Assembly (NCBI GenBank): GCA_963813535.1
Contig: CAWEZH010000002.1
Coordinates: 1,728,001 to 1,792,000 of the forward strand
Length of the DNA stretch: 64,000 nt
Source: an uncultured Chloroflexia bacterium
Lineage (GTDB): Bacteria > Chloroflexota > Limnocylindria > Limnocylindrales > CSP1-4
Reading direction: 5' to 3'
Shown: positions 1 to 9,479 of the stretch, piece after piece
Layout of the letters: the number at the start of each line of letters is the position of its first letter
Position numbering within the stretch: position 1 is the stretch's first letter
The notes under the pieces: model-generated
The model's database searches: none
What the model was told of the DNA's origin: nothing
The model's input: only the letters and a program-made list of their open reading frames with translations
Position numbers and translations under genes: made by a program

Positions 1-374
1 TTCAGGGCCGCCATGAACGCCGCCTCCTGGGTCCCGACATCGCCCTCGCACAGGATCAGCGTCGAAGCGAGCTCGCCGACCTCGATGGCATCGCCATCGA
101 CCGTGTACGGCCCGCCGTACCCATTGCAGCCGCCTGTCCCCTGCACCTGGCTATCGCCGGCGAAGGCCATCGTCGGGCGATGATCCGCGACGGTGTCACT
201 GCCGCCGACCGTGAGGACGATCCAGCTCGTGCCGGGGAGTCCCGCCGACGTGCCGGCAGACGGACTCGATCCTTTGCTGTCGGGCGGAGCCGACGGCCCC
301 GCGGTCGCACAGCCGCCGAGCGCGATGAGCGTGACAAGCAGCCCGACCGCGAGTCGGGCGCAGGATCGATCCAT
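1..374 (-). CDS. META-domain (HslJ-like) lipoprotein, 3' end truncated by the window edge
   Basis: Translated manually; absent from the ORF track. MDRSCARLAVGLLVTLIALGGC has a lipobox, followed by LPGTSWIVLTVGG...VQGTGGCNGYGGPYTVDG...LASTLILC, matching the META GCN...STxxxC pattern. Confidence 0.8.
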   Translation of the reverse strand, partial: MDRSCARLAVGLLVTLIALGGCATAGPSAPPDSKGSSPSAGTSAGLPGTSWIVLTVGGSDTVADHRPTMAFAGDSQVQGTGGCNGYGGPYTVDGDAIEVGELASTLILCEGDVGTQEAAFMAAL

Positions 375-403
375 CAGGGACTCCGGAGCGGTGAGGAGCC
401 CGG

Positions 404-886
404 CTAGCCGCCCGGCTTGATCACCATCAGCCAGACGAGCAGCAGCAGTCCCGCGGTTCCGACCACCAGCAACACCTCGGGCCGTCGCGAGTCGAGCTGG
501 GCGCGGACGGCATCCCACGAGGCGGGCGGCTGGCCATCAGGCGGCGGCTCCTCGAGCGACTTGCGCAGTCCCATGTAGTACGGCGAGGCGACAGCCCACA
601 TCACGATGAGGACGGCGACCAAGACGACGATGGACGCGATGATCCACGGCCGTCCCCAGAGGTCGGCACCCGCCGCTGCCCCGAGCCCGCCGACGATCAG
701 CAGGAGCAGCCCGACGTACATCGGGCCGATCGACAGCTGGCCGACGCCCAGGAGCGCCCTCGCCGTGGCCATGTCGGGCGCGGCACGCACCCGGAACGCC
801 ATGAACGCCGATGCGCCATGGCTGATGGCGAACAGCACGAGACCGGCCAGGTGCGCGAAGACGAACCACGGATAGAACTCGGCCAT
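404..886 (-). CDS. DUF2269-like four-TM membrane protein
   Basis: MAEFYPWFVFAHLAGLVLF...WGRPWIIASIVVL...LLVWLMVIKPGG. It has four hydrophobic helices and the C-terminal LMVxKP motif, with a GGAGG RBS upstream of the ATG at 886. Confidence 0.75.
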   Translation of the reverse strand: MAEFYPWFVFAHLAGLVLFAISHGASAFMAFRVRAAPDMATARALLGVGQLSIGPMYVGLLLLIVGGLGAAAGADLWGRPWIIASIVVLVAVLIVMWAVASPYYMGLRKSLEEPPPDGQPPASWDAVRAQLDSRRPEVLLVVGTAGLLLLVWLMVIKPGG

Positions 887-1001
887 CGATCCCTCCACCT
901 CCCCAGCACGCGCGATGCCCCGAGGATACGCCGGGGGCCGAGGCGAGATCGTGGGCGAATCGCGTCTGGACGCGGCGGCAGCGACCCGCCACGATGCGCC
1001 C

Positions 1002-1856
1002 GTGCCCCGTCTGCAGCGCAAGTCGTTCGAGCATCCCGATACGGTCCGCACGTTCCCCTTCGGACGGCTCGACGTGATCAACCTCGACGAGATGGCCATC
1101 GGCCGTTTCGTCTGTCGCCCTGGCTGGCGATGGTCCGATGCCGTGAAGCCGCTGATGGGGACCGACAGCTGCCAGCTGCGGCATATCGGCTATGTCATCG
1201 CCGGCACGCTCCATGTCCAGATGGACGACGGCATCGAGGTCGACATCCGCCCGAACGACGCGTACGAGATCCCGCCCGGCCACGACGCGTGGGTCGTCGG
1301 CGATGTCGACTGGGATACCGTCGAGTTCACCAGCGGGCGTGTCTTTGCGGCCCCGGCCGAAGACCTCGGTGAGCGGACCCTCGCGACGATCCTGTTCACC
1401 GACATCGTCGATTCGACCGCGACGCTGGTCCGCATCGGGGACGCGGCCTGGCGCCGGACCCTCCTCGACCACAACACCCGGATGCGTGGCGTCCTCGACC
1501 GTCACCGCGGCCGGGAGATCGGCACGACCGGCGACGGGTTCCTGGCCCGCTTCGACGGTGCGGCCCGGGCCGTCCGCTGTGCTGCCGAGATGATCGCTGC
1601 CGTCGAGGACCTCGGGATCGCCCTCCGGGCGGGGTTGCATACGGGCGAGGTCGAGCTGGTCGCGGGCAACGTCCGCGGAGTCGCGGTCCACGCGGCCGCA
1701 CGCGTCGCGGCCCTGGCCGGGCCTGGCGAGGTGCTGGTCTCGCAGACGACCCACGACCTGCTCGACGGATCCGGCCTGCACTTCGAGGACCGCGGCCGGC
1801 ACGAGCTCAAGGGATTGGCCGGCGAGCGCTTGCTCTACGCGCTCGTCGACGGTTAG
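1002..1856 (+). CDS. Cupin domain fused to class III nucleotidyl cyclase
   Basis: N-terminal cupin (PGWRWS, CQLRHIGYV, IPPGHDAWVVG). Cyclase motifs TILFTDIVDST, TTGDGF, RAGLHTGEV, GVAVHAAARV and ELKG. GTG start at 1002. Confidence 0.85.
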   Translation: MPRLQRKSFEHPDTVRTFPFGRLDVINLDEMAIGRFVCRPGWRWSDAVKPLMGTDSCQLRHIGYVIAGTLHVQMDDGIEVDIRPNDAYEIPPGHDAWVVGDVDWDTVEFTSGRVFAAPAEDLGERTLATILFTDIVDSTATLVRIGDAAWRRTLLDHNTRMRGVLDRHRGREIGTTGDGFLARFDGAARAVRCAAEMIAAVEDLGIALRAGLHTGEVELVAGNVRGVAVHAAARVAALAGPGEVLVSQTTHDLLDGSGLHFEDRGRHELKGLAGERLLYALVDG

Positions 1857-3022
1857 AGATTCCCGCGGTTCGCCTGCTCGCGCTCGATCGCCTCGAACAG
1901 TGCCTTGAAGTTGCCGACCCCGAAGCCCCGTGAGCCGTGGCGCTCGATGATCTCGAAGAAGAACGTCGGGCGGTCCTGGACCGGTCGCGTGAAGATCTGG
2001 AGCAGGTAGCCCTCTTCGTCCCGATCGGCCTCGATGCCGAGCTCCTCCAGGGTCTCGATGGGCACACCGACGTCACCGACGCGGTCCGCCAGGGTCGCGT
2101 AATACTCGTGGGGTAGCCCCAGGAACTCGACGCCGTTGTCGCGCAGCCGGCGCACCGTGCCAACGATGTCCTCGGTGCGCAGCGCGATGTGCTGGCAGCC
2201 CGGTGATCGATACCAGTCGAGGTACTCCTGGATCTGGCTCTTCTTCTTGCCGGACGCCGGCTCATTGATCGGGAACTTGATGCGTCCGTTGCCGTTGGTC
2301 ATGACCTTCGACATGAGCGCGCTGTAGTCGGTGTGGATGACCTTGTCGTCGTAGTGGATCAGCTGGGCGAAACCCAGCACGTCGCGGTAGAAGTCGACGA
2401 AGGCGTCCATCTGCCCGAGCTCGACATTGCCGACGCAATGGTCGACCTCGAGCAGGCTGAGCCCATCAGCGGCACGCGCCGGCGCTGCGACCTTGCGATA
2501 GCCCGGCGCGAACGAGCCGTGGTAGTCGCGTCGGTCGACGAACGAGTGGAGCGTCTCGCCGTATGTGCGGATCGAGGATTTGCGCAGCACGCCGTCCTCG
2601 CCGCCGTCGAGCTCGGTCGGCTCCAGCGCCGACGTAGCACCGCGCGCAGTCGTCTCGCGCCAGGCCGACTCGACATCGGCCACTCGGAAGCAGATGTCGT
2701 GCACCCCATCGCCGTGCGCCCGGACGTGCTCGGCGATCTCGCCGTCGGGCGTGAGCGGTGCGGTGAACACGAACCGGATGTCGTTCTGGACCATGACGTA
2801 GCTCGCGCGGTCGCGAAGCTTGGTTTCGAGCCCGCTGAACGCGACCGGGGTGAAGCCCCACAGCGCCCGGTAATAGGCCGACGCCTGCCGGGCGTTGCCG
2901 ACCCAGAACTCGACATGGTCGATGCCGTCGAGGGGGAGGAAGTCTCCGGCCTTTGCGTAGGCGTCCGTATCGACCCGGGCGCCGGCCTGGTTGGCCGCGC
3001 CTCGCGGGAGCGTCTCGGTCAT
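1853..3022 (-). CDS. hppD: 4-hydroxyphenylpyruvate dioxygenase
   Basis: DHVEFWVGNARQA, HGDGV, DHCVGNV, KFPINEP, SQIQEYL, QHIAL, YLLQIFT, FFEIIER and GFGVGNFKALFEAIEREQ. Confidence 0.96.
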   Translation of the reverse strand: MTETLPRGAANQAGARVDTDAYAKAGDFLPLDGIDHVEFWVGNARQASAYYRALWGFTPVAFSGLETKLRDRASYVMVQNDIRFVFTAPLTPDGEIAEHVRAHGDGVHDICFRVADVESAWRETTARGATSALEPTELDGGEDGVLRKSSIRTYGETLHSFVDRRDYHGSFAPGYRKVAAPARAADGLSLLEVDHCVGNVELGQMDAFVDFYRDVLGFAQLIHYDDKVIHTDYSALMSKVMTNGNGRIKFPINEPASGKKKSQIQEYLDWYRSPGCQHIALRTEDIVGTVRRLRDNGVEFLGLPHEYYATLADRVGDVGVPIETLEELGIEADRDEEGYLLQIFTRPVQDRPTFFFEIIERHGSRGFGVGNFKALFEAIEREQANRGNL

Positions 3023-3129
3023 CGCGCGTTCTCCCCTGCATGCGGGGTCCGGCCCCGGCTGGGCATGCGCCCCTGCCGCGGCGTCCTTCAGTGCTCCCAT
3101 CGTACGCCGCGCATGCCACACTGGCTGGC

Positions 3130-3624
3130 ATGAGCGGTGACCTCGAACGCCTCGCCGCGGCCCGGCGTGCATACGCCGATCTGGCACCCCGGGTGATGGC
3201 CGGCGAGCCTTGGCCGCTGGCCGAGGACTACGGCACCGGACCCGAGGCGTCGTGGGGTCCGCGCGAGGTCCTTGCCCACGTCGAGGAGATGCTCCCGTTC
3301 TGGCTGGGCGAGATGGAGCGCGTCATCGATGGCGACGGCAGAGCCGCCGTGCCCTTCGGGCGGACGGCCGACGACCCGATCCGGATCGGGTTCATCGAGC
3401 GTGATCGCAGCCTGCCGCTGCGCGTGCTGTTCGGGCGCATCGACACCGGGCTGCGGGCGTGGGAGGAGCGCATCCCCACGCTCACCGATGCCGAGTCGGC
3501 GCGTGTCGGTGCCCACCCTCGTCTCGGGGAGATGCCGGCACCGGCGATCCTCGAACAATTCGTGATCGGCCACGCCGAGGACCACATCGCCCAGCTCAGC
3601 GACATCATCGCCGCCCGGGGCTGA
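3130..3624 (+). CDS. DinB/YfiT superfamily protein
   Basis: WGPREVLAHVEE (first His), HPRLGEM, and C-terminal GHAEDHIAQL (HxxxH). Confidence 0.8.
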   Translation: MSGDLERLAAARRAYADLAPRVMAGEPWPLAEDYGTGPEASWGPREVLAHVEEMLPFWLGEMERVIDGDGRAAVPFGRTADDPIRIGFIERDRSLPLRVLFGRIDTGLRAWEERIPTLTDAESARVGAHPRLGEMPAPAILEQFVIGHAEDHIAQLSDIIAARG

Positions 3625-3635
3625 CGGCCGACCAC

Positions 3636-4193
3636 GTGTTCGTCCTCCTCGCCGTCCCGGTCGGCGTCATCCTCGGGTTCCTCATCGGCGGTCGGCTAGA
3701 GCGGCTCTCGCAGATCCACTTCGAGTGGGCGTGGCTGGCCGTCGCCGGTCTCGGGACACAGATCCTCCTCTTCTCGACGTCCCTCGGCGAGTCCTTCACG
3801 GGTGGCGTGGGTGAGGCGATCTACGTCGCCTCGACGGGTGCGGTCCTCGTCGCGGTCTGGCGGAACCTGGCGATCCCGGGCCTTGCCCTGGTCGCGCTCG
3901 GGGCGATCTCGAACCTTGCGGCGATCGTGGCGAACGGCGGCGTGATGCCGACCACGGTCGAAGCGATGACGGCGGCCGGGCTCGACCCGCTCGAGGGCTT
4001 CTCCAACAGCGCCATTCTTGAAGATCCCGCGCTGGCGCCGCTCACCGACATCTTCGCCTTGCCGGCCGGGCTGCCGTTCTCGAACGTGTTCAGCATCGGC
4101 GACGTCCTGATCGCGCTCGGCATCGTCCTGGTGATCGCCATCGGGATGCGTCGGGGCGACCCTCGAACGACCCAGCGACCGTCCTTCGACTGA
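3636..4193 (+). CDS. DUF5317 family membrane protein
   Basis: GGRLERL, PGLALVALGAISNLAAIVANGGVMP, LAPLTDIFALP and NVFSIGDVLI are the family-typical motifs. GTG start at 3636. Confidence 0.85.
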   Translation: MFVLLAVPVGVILGFLIGGRLERLSQIHFEWAWLAVAGLGTQILLFSTSLGESFTGGVGEAIYVASTGAVLVAVWRNLAIPGLALVALGAISNLAAIVANGGVMPTTVEAMTAAGLDPLEGFSNSAILEDPALAPLTDIFALPAGLPFSNVFSIGDVLIALGIVLVIAIGMRRGDPRTTQRPSFD

Positions 4194-4364
4194 CTCGCCG
4201 CGGTTCGCCGTCGAGCGTGCGGCGGTGCTTCGCCGCACCCCAAGCCACTCAGGTCATGGGCGGATGGTACGGATGGCCTATGGCTGCCTGCCTCGTCGTC
4301 CACGTACGTTGCGGTCAGAGAACAACGCCCATCTCCCCTGGACTGACCGAAACGAGGGACCGCG

Positions 4365-4466
4365 ATGAAGAACATCATCAAGTCGGGGACCTTCCGGACG
4401 CTGATGCTCCTGTCCGCGCTCGCCAGCTCCGGCCTCGTGCTGGAAGCGGCGCGCCGCTGGAACTAG
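4365..4466 (+). CDS. 33-aa hydrophobic micropeptide MKNIIKSGTFRTLMLLSALASSGLVLEAARRWN
   Basis: GAGGG RBS 6 nt before the ATG, G/C-ending codons throughout, TAG stop, a candidate -10 (TACGTT) upstream and a hairpin downstream. Confidence 0.75.
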   Translation: MKNIIKSGTFRTLMLLSALASSGLVLEAARRWN

Positions 4467-4516
4467 CCCCGGATCGACCTACGACGCCGGCGCTCGCGCG
4501 CCGGCCTGTTCGAAGA

Positions 4517-4550
4517 CACGCCGGCCGTCCGTCATCGGGCGGCCGTCGTG
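4517..4550. terminator. GC-rich hairpin between the micropeptide and the convergent S9 peptidase
   Basis: cacg-c-cggccgtccg-tcat-cgggcggccg-t-cgtg inverted repeat. There is no clear U-tract. Confidence 0.5.
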
Positions 4551-4566
4551 ATTCCCAGGCGATCTG

Positions 4567-6552
4567 TTAGGAGCGGCCCTCGCCGTCCGGAGGCACGTGG
4601 GTCGTCAGGAAGGTGAGGATCCGCTCGAACGCGTCGCGTCGATTCTCGCGGCGCTCCCAGCCGTGTGCTTCCTCGTCGTACCAATGGACCTCGTGGACCT
4701 TGTCCTCGATCTCGAGCGCCTCGACCATCCGCTCGGTCATCAGCGGCACCACCCGCTTGTCCTTGCGCCCGTGGAGGATGAGCAGCGGCGCCTCGATCCG
4801 CTCGGCCCGGTAGACGGGGGAGCCGCGCCGGTACAGGTCGGCCCGAGCCGGATCGTCGGGCGCGCCCATCATCTTGTGCAGGTCGAGACGACCGACGCGG
4901 TCACCGTGCCGATAGCTCTCGGCGATCTCCGAGTCGCCGTACAGGTCCACGCCGGCTGACCACAGCATCGGCTCCTCGACGAGCGCGGACAGGACCATGT
5001 AACCGCCGTACGAGCCGCCGAAGATCGCGAACCGGCCGTCCGACCAGGGCTGCTCGCCGGCCCATCGCGCGGCGTCGATCAGGTCGTGCACATCGGCGTG
5101 ACCCCACTCCCCGTGATTGGCGTGGCGGAACTCCCGGCCATAGCCGGTCGAGCCGCGGAAGTCGACGTCGAGGAACGCGTACCCGCTCGTCGCCAGCAGG
5201 AGCTTGAACGGCTGGAACGAGCGGTAGGCTTGCCACGTCGGCCCGCCGTGCGGGTAGACGATCGTCGGGACACGCTTGCCACCGCGTTTCCCAGTGGCCG
5301 TCGCCGGCCGCCACAGCGTGCCCTCGACGCGGAGACCGTCACGGGCCGCGATCGCGACCCGCTCGGCAGTCGGCACGCGCCCGGCGGACATCGCCGCGGC
5401 GAGGACGGCTGGCTGCGAGTTGGTGACTTGGCGCGGACGCGATCCCTCGGGGGCCGCGCCCGGGACGGGCAGCAGCCACAGGTCCTGGGGTCGCCGGTCG
5501 CTCTCCCCGATCGCCGCGACCCAGGCTCCGTCGGGCATCCACCCGACCGCGCGCCACACGCCCTCCCACGCCGAGATCCGTGTCGCCTTGGTCGAGGCCG
5601 TCACGGTCCGCGGCGTTTTCGGCGGACGACCTCGACCGCGCTTGGGGGCGGCGCCCTCACCGACGTCGCGAACGAACAGGTCGATGAGGCCGGCGTGGAC
5701 CTCGATATGCACGACGCGGCGGCCGTCGGGTGATGGCAGTGGCGCATACCCGTAGGTGCCGGACGGCTCGCCGTGCTCGCGCTTGCCCTCGGTGAGCGCG
5801 ATCTTGTCGCGGCCATCCGGGGATCGACGGATGACCTGGAACCAGCCGTCCTCGTCGCTGACGTAGAGGAGCGACCCGTCCGGCCCCCAGCGCGCCCCAC
5901 AATCGTGGCTCTTCGAGCCCGCGACGATCCGGGTCTCGCCGGTGGCTGCTTCGACCAGCGCGACCTGCCAGGTGGTGAGGTCATCGGGTGCCTGTTGGCC
6001 GGTCACGGCGAGCTGCGATCCGTCCGGCGACCAGTCGAGTCCGTCGACGTCGAACCCTCCCTTCGTGAGCGCCGTCGGCACCGGCGGCTTGGGCTCGCGT
6101 TGCGGCCGTCCACGGCGCGGGACCGGAGCATCGATGAGCCAGACCTGGCTCCAGCCGCGACGCCGGGAGACGAACGCCAGGCGGCGGCCGTCGGGTGACC
6201 AGCGTGGCTCGCGACCACCGCCCGGCTTGGCGACCACACGAGTGAGTCGCGAACCGTCCGCCTCGACGATCCAGATCTCGTCGTCACGCACGAAGGCGAG
6301 GCGCCGGCCGTCGGGTGACCACTGCGGGTCGCTGACCGCCTTGTCCGACGCCGTGATCTGCGTCGGGGGCGATCCCGTGCCCCGCAGCGACAGGGTGAAG
6401 ACCTGACGCGCCCCGGCCGCTTCGGCGGTGAACGCGACAGTTCGGTCGCGCGGATGGATGCGGAACTCGCGGGGCGGATCGACCGCGACGAGCGCCTCGA
6501 TGGTCAGCCCCGATCCCTTCGTCGCGGGAGCTCCGGACGCCTCCTCCGCCAT
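4567..6552 (-). CDS. S9 family (prolyl oligopeptidase/acylaminoacyl) peptidase with PD40 beta-propeller
   Basis: WSPDG repeats, HGGP, DFRGSTGYG, catalytic GGSYGG, HGRKDKRV and EEAHG. The start overlaps the upstream stop (TGATG). Confidence 0.92.
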   Translation of the reverse strand: MAEEASGAPATKGSGLTIEALVAVDPPREFRIHPRDRTVAFTAEAAGARQVFTLSLRGTGSPPTQITASDKAVSDPQWSPDGRRLAFVRDDEIWIVEADGSRLTRVVAKPGGGREPRWSPDGRRLAFVSRRRGWSQVWLIDAPVPRRGRPQREPKPPVPTALTKGGFDVDGLDWSPDGSQLAVTGQQAPDDLTTWQVALVEAATGETRIVAGSKSHDCGARWGPDGSLLYVSDEDGWFQVIRRSPDGRDKIALTEGKREHGEPSGTYGYAPLPSPDGRRVVHIEVHAGLIDLFVRDVGEGAAPKRGRGRPPKTPRTVTASTKATRISAWEGVWRAVGWMPDGAWVAAIGESDRRPQDLWLLPVPGAAPEGSRPRQVTNSQPAVLAAAMSAGRVPTAERVAIAARDGLRVEGTLWRPATATGKRGGKRVPTIVYPHGGPTWQAYRSFQPFKLLLATSGYAFLDVDFRGSTGYGREFRHANHGEWGHADVHDLIDAARWAGEQPWSDGRFAIFGGSYGGYMVLSALVEEPMLWSAGVDLYGDSEIAESYRHGDRVGRLDLHKMMGAPDDPARADLYRRGSPVYRAERIEAPLLILHGRKDKRVVPLMTERMVEALEIEDKVHEVHWYDEEAHGWERRENRRDAFERILTFLTTHVPPDGEGRS

Positions 6553-7622
6553 CAGCTCCCCGGCCAGCCGCTGGCCACGCACCACCGCCCGACCATCGCG
6601 AGGTGCTTGCGGACGTGCCCGTGATGGCAGTCGTAGACCCAGCTCCAGCCGTCCGGCGAGCGCAGCTCTTCGACCGTCATGGAGGCGACAGCGTCGAGCA
6701 GTCGGACCCGTGCCGCGTCATATCTGACGAGCGTCTCGCGCGAGGATTCGTCGCGACGCGCGGCGACGTGCCGCTCATTCCAGGCATCGATCCCCTCTTC
6801 CGGGTCCGACAGCCAGACATCGGTGTCGCGATGGACCGCGATCGCCCGCGCGCCCTCGTCGAACCAATCCGCGAGGTGCGCCACGTGATCGCGCAACGTC
6901 CAGCCGGGCGTCACATCGGCCTCGAGCCAGCGGTCCTCCGGCAGACCGCGCACGAGGGCGTCGAAGAGCCCATCGGCGGCGGCGACGTCCGCCGCCAGAC
7001 CGGCGTGATCCGCGGGGCGCGGGTCGGCGATGAACGGGTCGCCGTCGATCTGGCGGTCGCGCAGTCGATCGGTCCACGGCTCGACGACCGCAAGGTGGTC
7101 GAGGTAGTGGCCATGGAGCGTGAAGTACACCCAGCCCCACGCGTCGTCGCTCCGGAGCTGGTCGAGCGAGAGCCGGCCGGCGGCTTCGAGCAGCCGAGGC
7201 CTGGATGTCCGGAGTCGGGCGAGGATGGCTGCGCTCGACATCGTCGTCCACGGCGCCCGGCGCCGCTCGTTGAAGCGGTCGAAGTCGCCGCCGTCGTAAT
7301 CGTTGTCGGACGGCCAACGACCGGTCTGGAGGGCGGTACCGACATAGTCGATCGCGAGCTCCTGCCAGTCGGCGAGATGGCCGACGTGCTCAGCCAGCGA
7401 CCAGTCCGGGCCGCCGGCATCCGAGGGCGCCGCGCCCGGCAGGTGCCACGCCGCCTCATCGAGACCCGCCCAGGACGATGTCAGGCGGTCCCACAGCGCA
7501 GCCTCATCGGTCCACGGGTCGCGCGATGGCGAGCGGAGATCGAGAGCTCGCACGTCCCCGAGCGACGCGCGGCGGAGGTCGACCACCGGTGTCGCGAGCG
7601 CGGCCGATCTGCCTCCCGCCAT
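6552..7622 (-). CDS. Tandem DinB/maleylpyruvate-isomerase-like domain protein
   Basis: Two repeats: WSLAEHVGHLADW...DRFNERR...HGHYLDHL and WTLRDHVAHLADW...DAWNERH...HGHVRKHL. The ATG at 7622 is in a TGATG overlap. Confidence 0.8.
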   Translation of the reverse strand: MAGGRSAALATPVVDLRRASLGDVRALDLRSPSRDPWTDEAALWDRLTSSWAGLDEAAWHLPGAAPSDAGGPDWSLAEHVGHLADWQELAIDYVGTALQTGRWPSDNDYDGGDFDRFNERRRAPWTTMSSAAILARLRTSRPRLLEAAGRLSLDQLRSDDAWGWVYFTLHGHYLDHLAVVEPWTDRLRDRQIDGDPFIADPRPADHAGLAADVAAADGLFDALVRGLPEDRWLEADVTPGWTLRDHVAHLADWFDEGARAIAVHRDTDVWLSDPEEGIDAWNERHVAARRDESSRETLVRYDAARVRLLDAVASMTVEELRSPDGWSWVYDCHHGHVRKHLAMVGRWCVASGWPGS

Positions 7623-8492
7623 CAGGCGGTCGGCCGCGGCTTGCCGTCGCGCGACGTCAAGCTGGGCTTCGAGCTGATCGCCAAGTTCGACGGTGCGGCG
7701 GAATGCCGCCCAGACCGCCTCCGACAGCACGGTCCGCAGGCGCCCGCTTTCGAGCTCATGGAGGGCCGCCGCAGAGGTGCCGCCGGGCGACGTGACCATG
7801 TTCCGCAGCTCGGCCGGATGCATGCCCGACTGGCGTGCGAACACCGTCGAACCCTCGAGCGTCTCGATGACGAGGTCATGCGCGATGTGGCGCGGGAACC
7901 CGAGGTGGACGGCGGCGTCGATGAGCGCCTCCATGACGAGGAACACATATGTCGGGCCGGTGCCGCTGACGGCGGTCGCCATCGCGACCATCTTCTCGTC
8001 ATCCACCTCGAGCTGGTGCCCGAGAGCGCCGAGCAGGGCGGCGGCCTGCGCACGTTGCGTTTCCGTCGTCTCGGGCGTGGCATACCAGACCGTCACGCCC
8101 TTCCCGAGGCGGGCCGGCGTGTTGGGCATGCTGCGCACGACCTGGTCGTGCCCGAGGATGCCGGTCAGGGCCGCGGTCGTGGCGCCGGCCAGGACGCTCA
8201 GGACCAACTGCCCGCGACGCAGGTGCGGGCCGATGTCGCGGCCGACGCGGTCCAGCATCTGCGGCTTGATCCCGAGCAGGATCACGTCGGCGTCGCGGAC
8301 CGCGTCCGCGTTGGCGCTGACGGTGCGGATGCCGTACTCGCGCTCGAGTGCCTCTCGGCGCTCGGCGCGCGGATGGCTGGCGACGACGCGCTCGGGTCCG
8401 ACGAGGCCGTCGCGGAGCAGGCCCGCGATCATCGCCTCGGCCATCACCCCCGAGCCGACCGTCGCGATCGTGGCTTTCGACAGGGGCGACAC
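7622..8492 (-). CDS. proC: Pyrroline-5-carboxylate reductase (apparent +1 insertion near the 3' end)
   Basis: GSGVMAEAM, GIKPQ, VRSMPNTPA, TAVSGTGPTY and VTSPGGTS. Removing one base at 7664-7666 restores a TGA at 7622-7624. Confidence 0.92.
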
Positions 8493-8498
8493 GGCCGG

Positions 8499-8504
8499 AG
8501 TATA
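8499..8504 (-). promoter_or_regulatory. -10 element (TATACT) of a leaderless-type proC promoter
   Basis: Minus strand reads GGC-TATACT-ccggcc-GTG, with no SD between the element and the start. Confidence 0.65.
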
Positions 8505-8539
8505 GCCACGGCCCCCGGCCGACCCGCGATGCCGGACCG

Positions 8540-9479
8540 TCAGGTAGGGCCAGGCGCTGCGCGTGCCGTTCCGAGCAAGGAAGAAGCGGCCGGTGGTCGT
8601 GATGTCGATGTCGTCGAAGCCGGCGGCCTCCAGCGCGCGCGCGAGCTCATCCGGCGCGTAGAACACCTTCACGATCGTGAACTCCCGGCCGTCGTCCAGC
8701 CGACGGGTCGACCGATCGTCAGCGGGTTCGGCGTGGTCGGCGGCACCGGATGCCGGATCCGCGAGCGAATCGATGAACGCGATCCGACCGCCCGCCTTCA
8801 GCCAGCGCCGGGCGATGGCCAGGGACTCCGCGAGTCGCTCGCGCGGGACGTGGCTGAGCCAGAACCCCATGAACAGGCCGTCGACCGCACGATCGGGCTC
8901 CGACCACGCGTCGCGCACGTGCAGGTGCGCCCGGAGTCCGTGAGCAACCAGGCGTTCACGCGCCCGGTCGAGCGCAGCCGGCGAGGCGTCGTACAGCGAA
9001 AGCTCGCCCCTGGACGCCAGCAATGGCGACCACCAGCCGGTCCCGGCGGCGAGCTCCACGATCTCACCGGCCCATGGCAGGGCGTCCAGCCAGCGCCCGG
9101 CGGCGTCCAGCTCGGCGTTCCATGCCGCGTCGTGGATCGCGCCGCGCGCGTAGCGACCACGGCGGAGGTACCAATCGTCGTACTCGGGCGCCCGGGCCTC
9201 GTAGTACTCGACCATCTGGGCGTCGAGGTCGGCATCGCGGCGCCGGTCCTCCGGTTCCCGTTCCGCCACGACCACAGCCGCCGCCGCGGTCCCGTCGCCG
9301 CGGGCTGCGGCGGCCCGCTCCCCCAGGGCCTGTCGCAACCGGAAGCGCAGGAACCCGTTGTCGCCAGCCTTGCCGACACAGTCCGGGCAGAGTTGCGCCC
9401 ACCCTTCGAGGTCGTCCGACGAACGCGTGGCATAGGTAGTCCCGCACCACAGGCACGAGAAGGACGCCAGGAAGGGCAC
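8540..9479 (-). CDS. Class I SAM-dependent methyltransferase with N-terminal CxxC...CxxC module (apparent +1 insertion near the 3' end)
   Basis: CLWC...CPDC, YYEARAPEYDDWY, motif I VELAAGTGWW, GFWLSHVP and IVKVFY. Removing one base at 8577-8578 gives the ending FFLLGTARAAPGPT-stop. Confidence 0.85.

Noticed and set aside
6552-9479. 975-aa methyltransferase-ProC-DinB triple fusion
   Set aside because: Two single-base insertions explain it. The junctions contain a -10 element and a TGATG overlap typical of separate genes.
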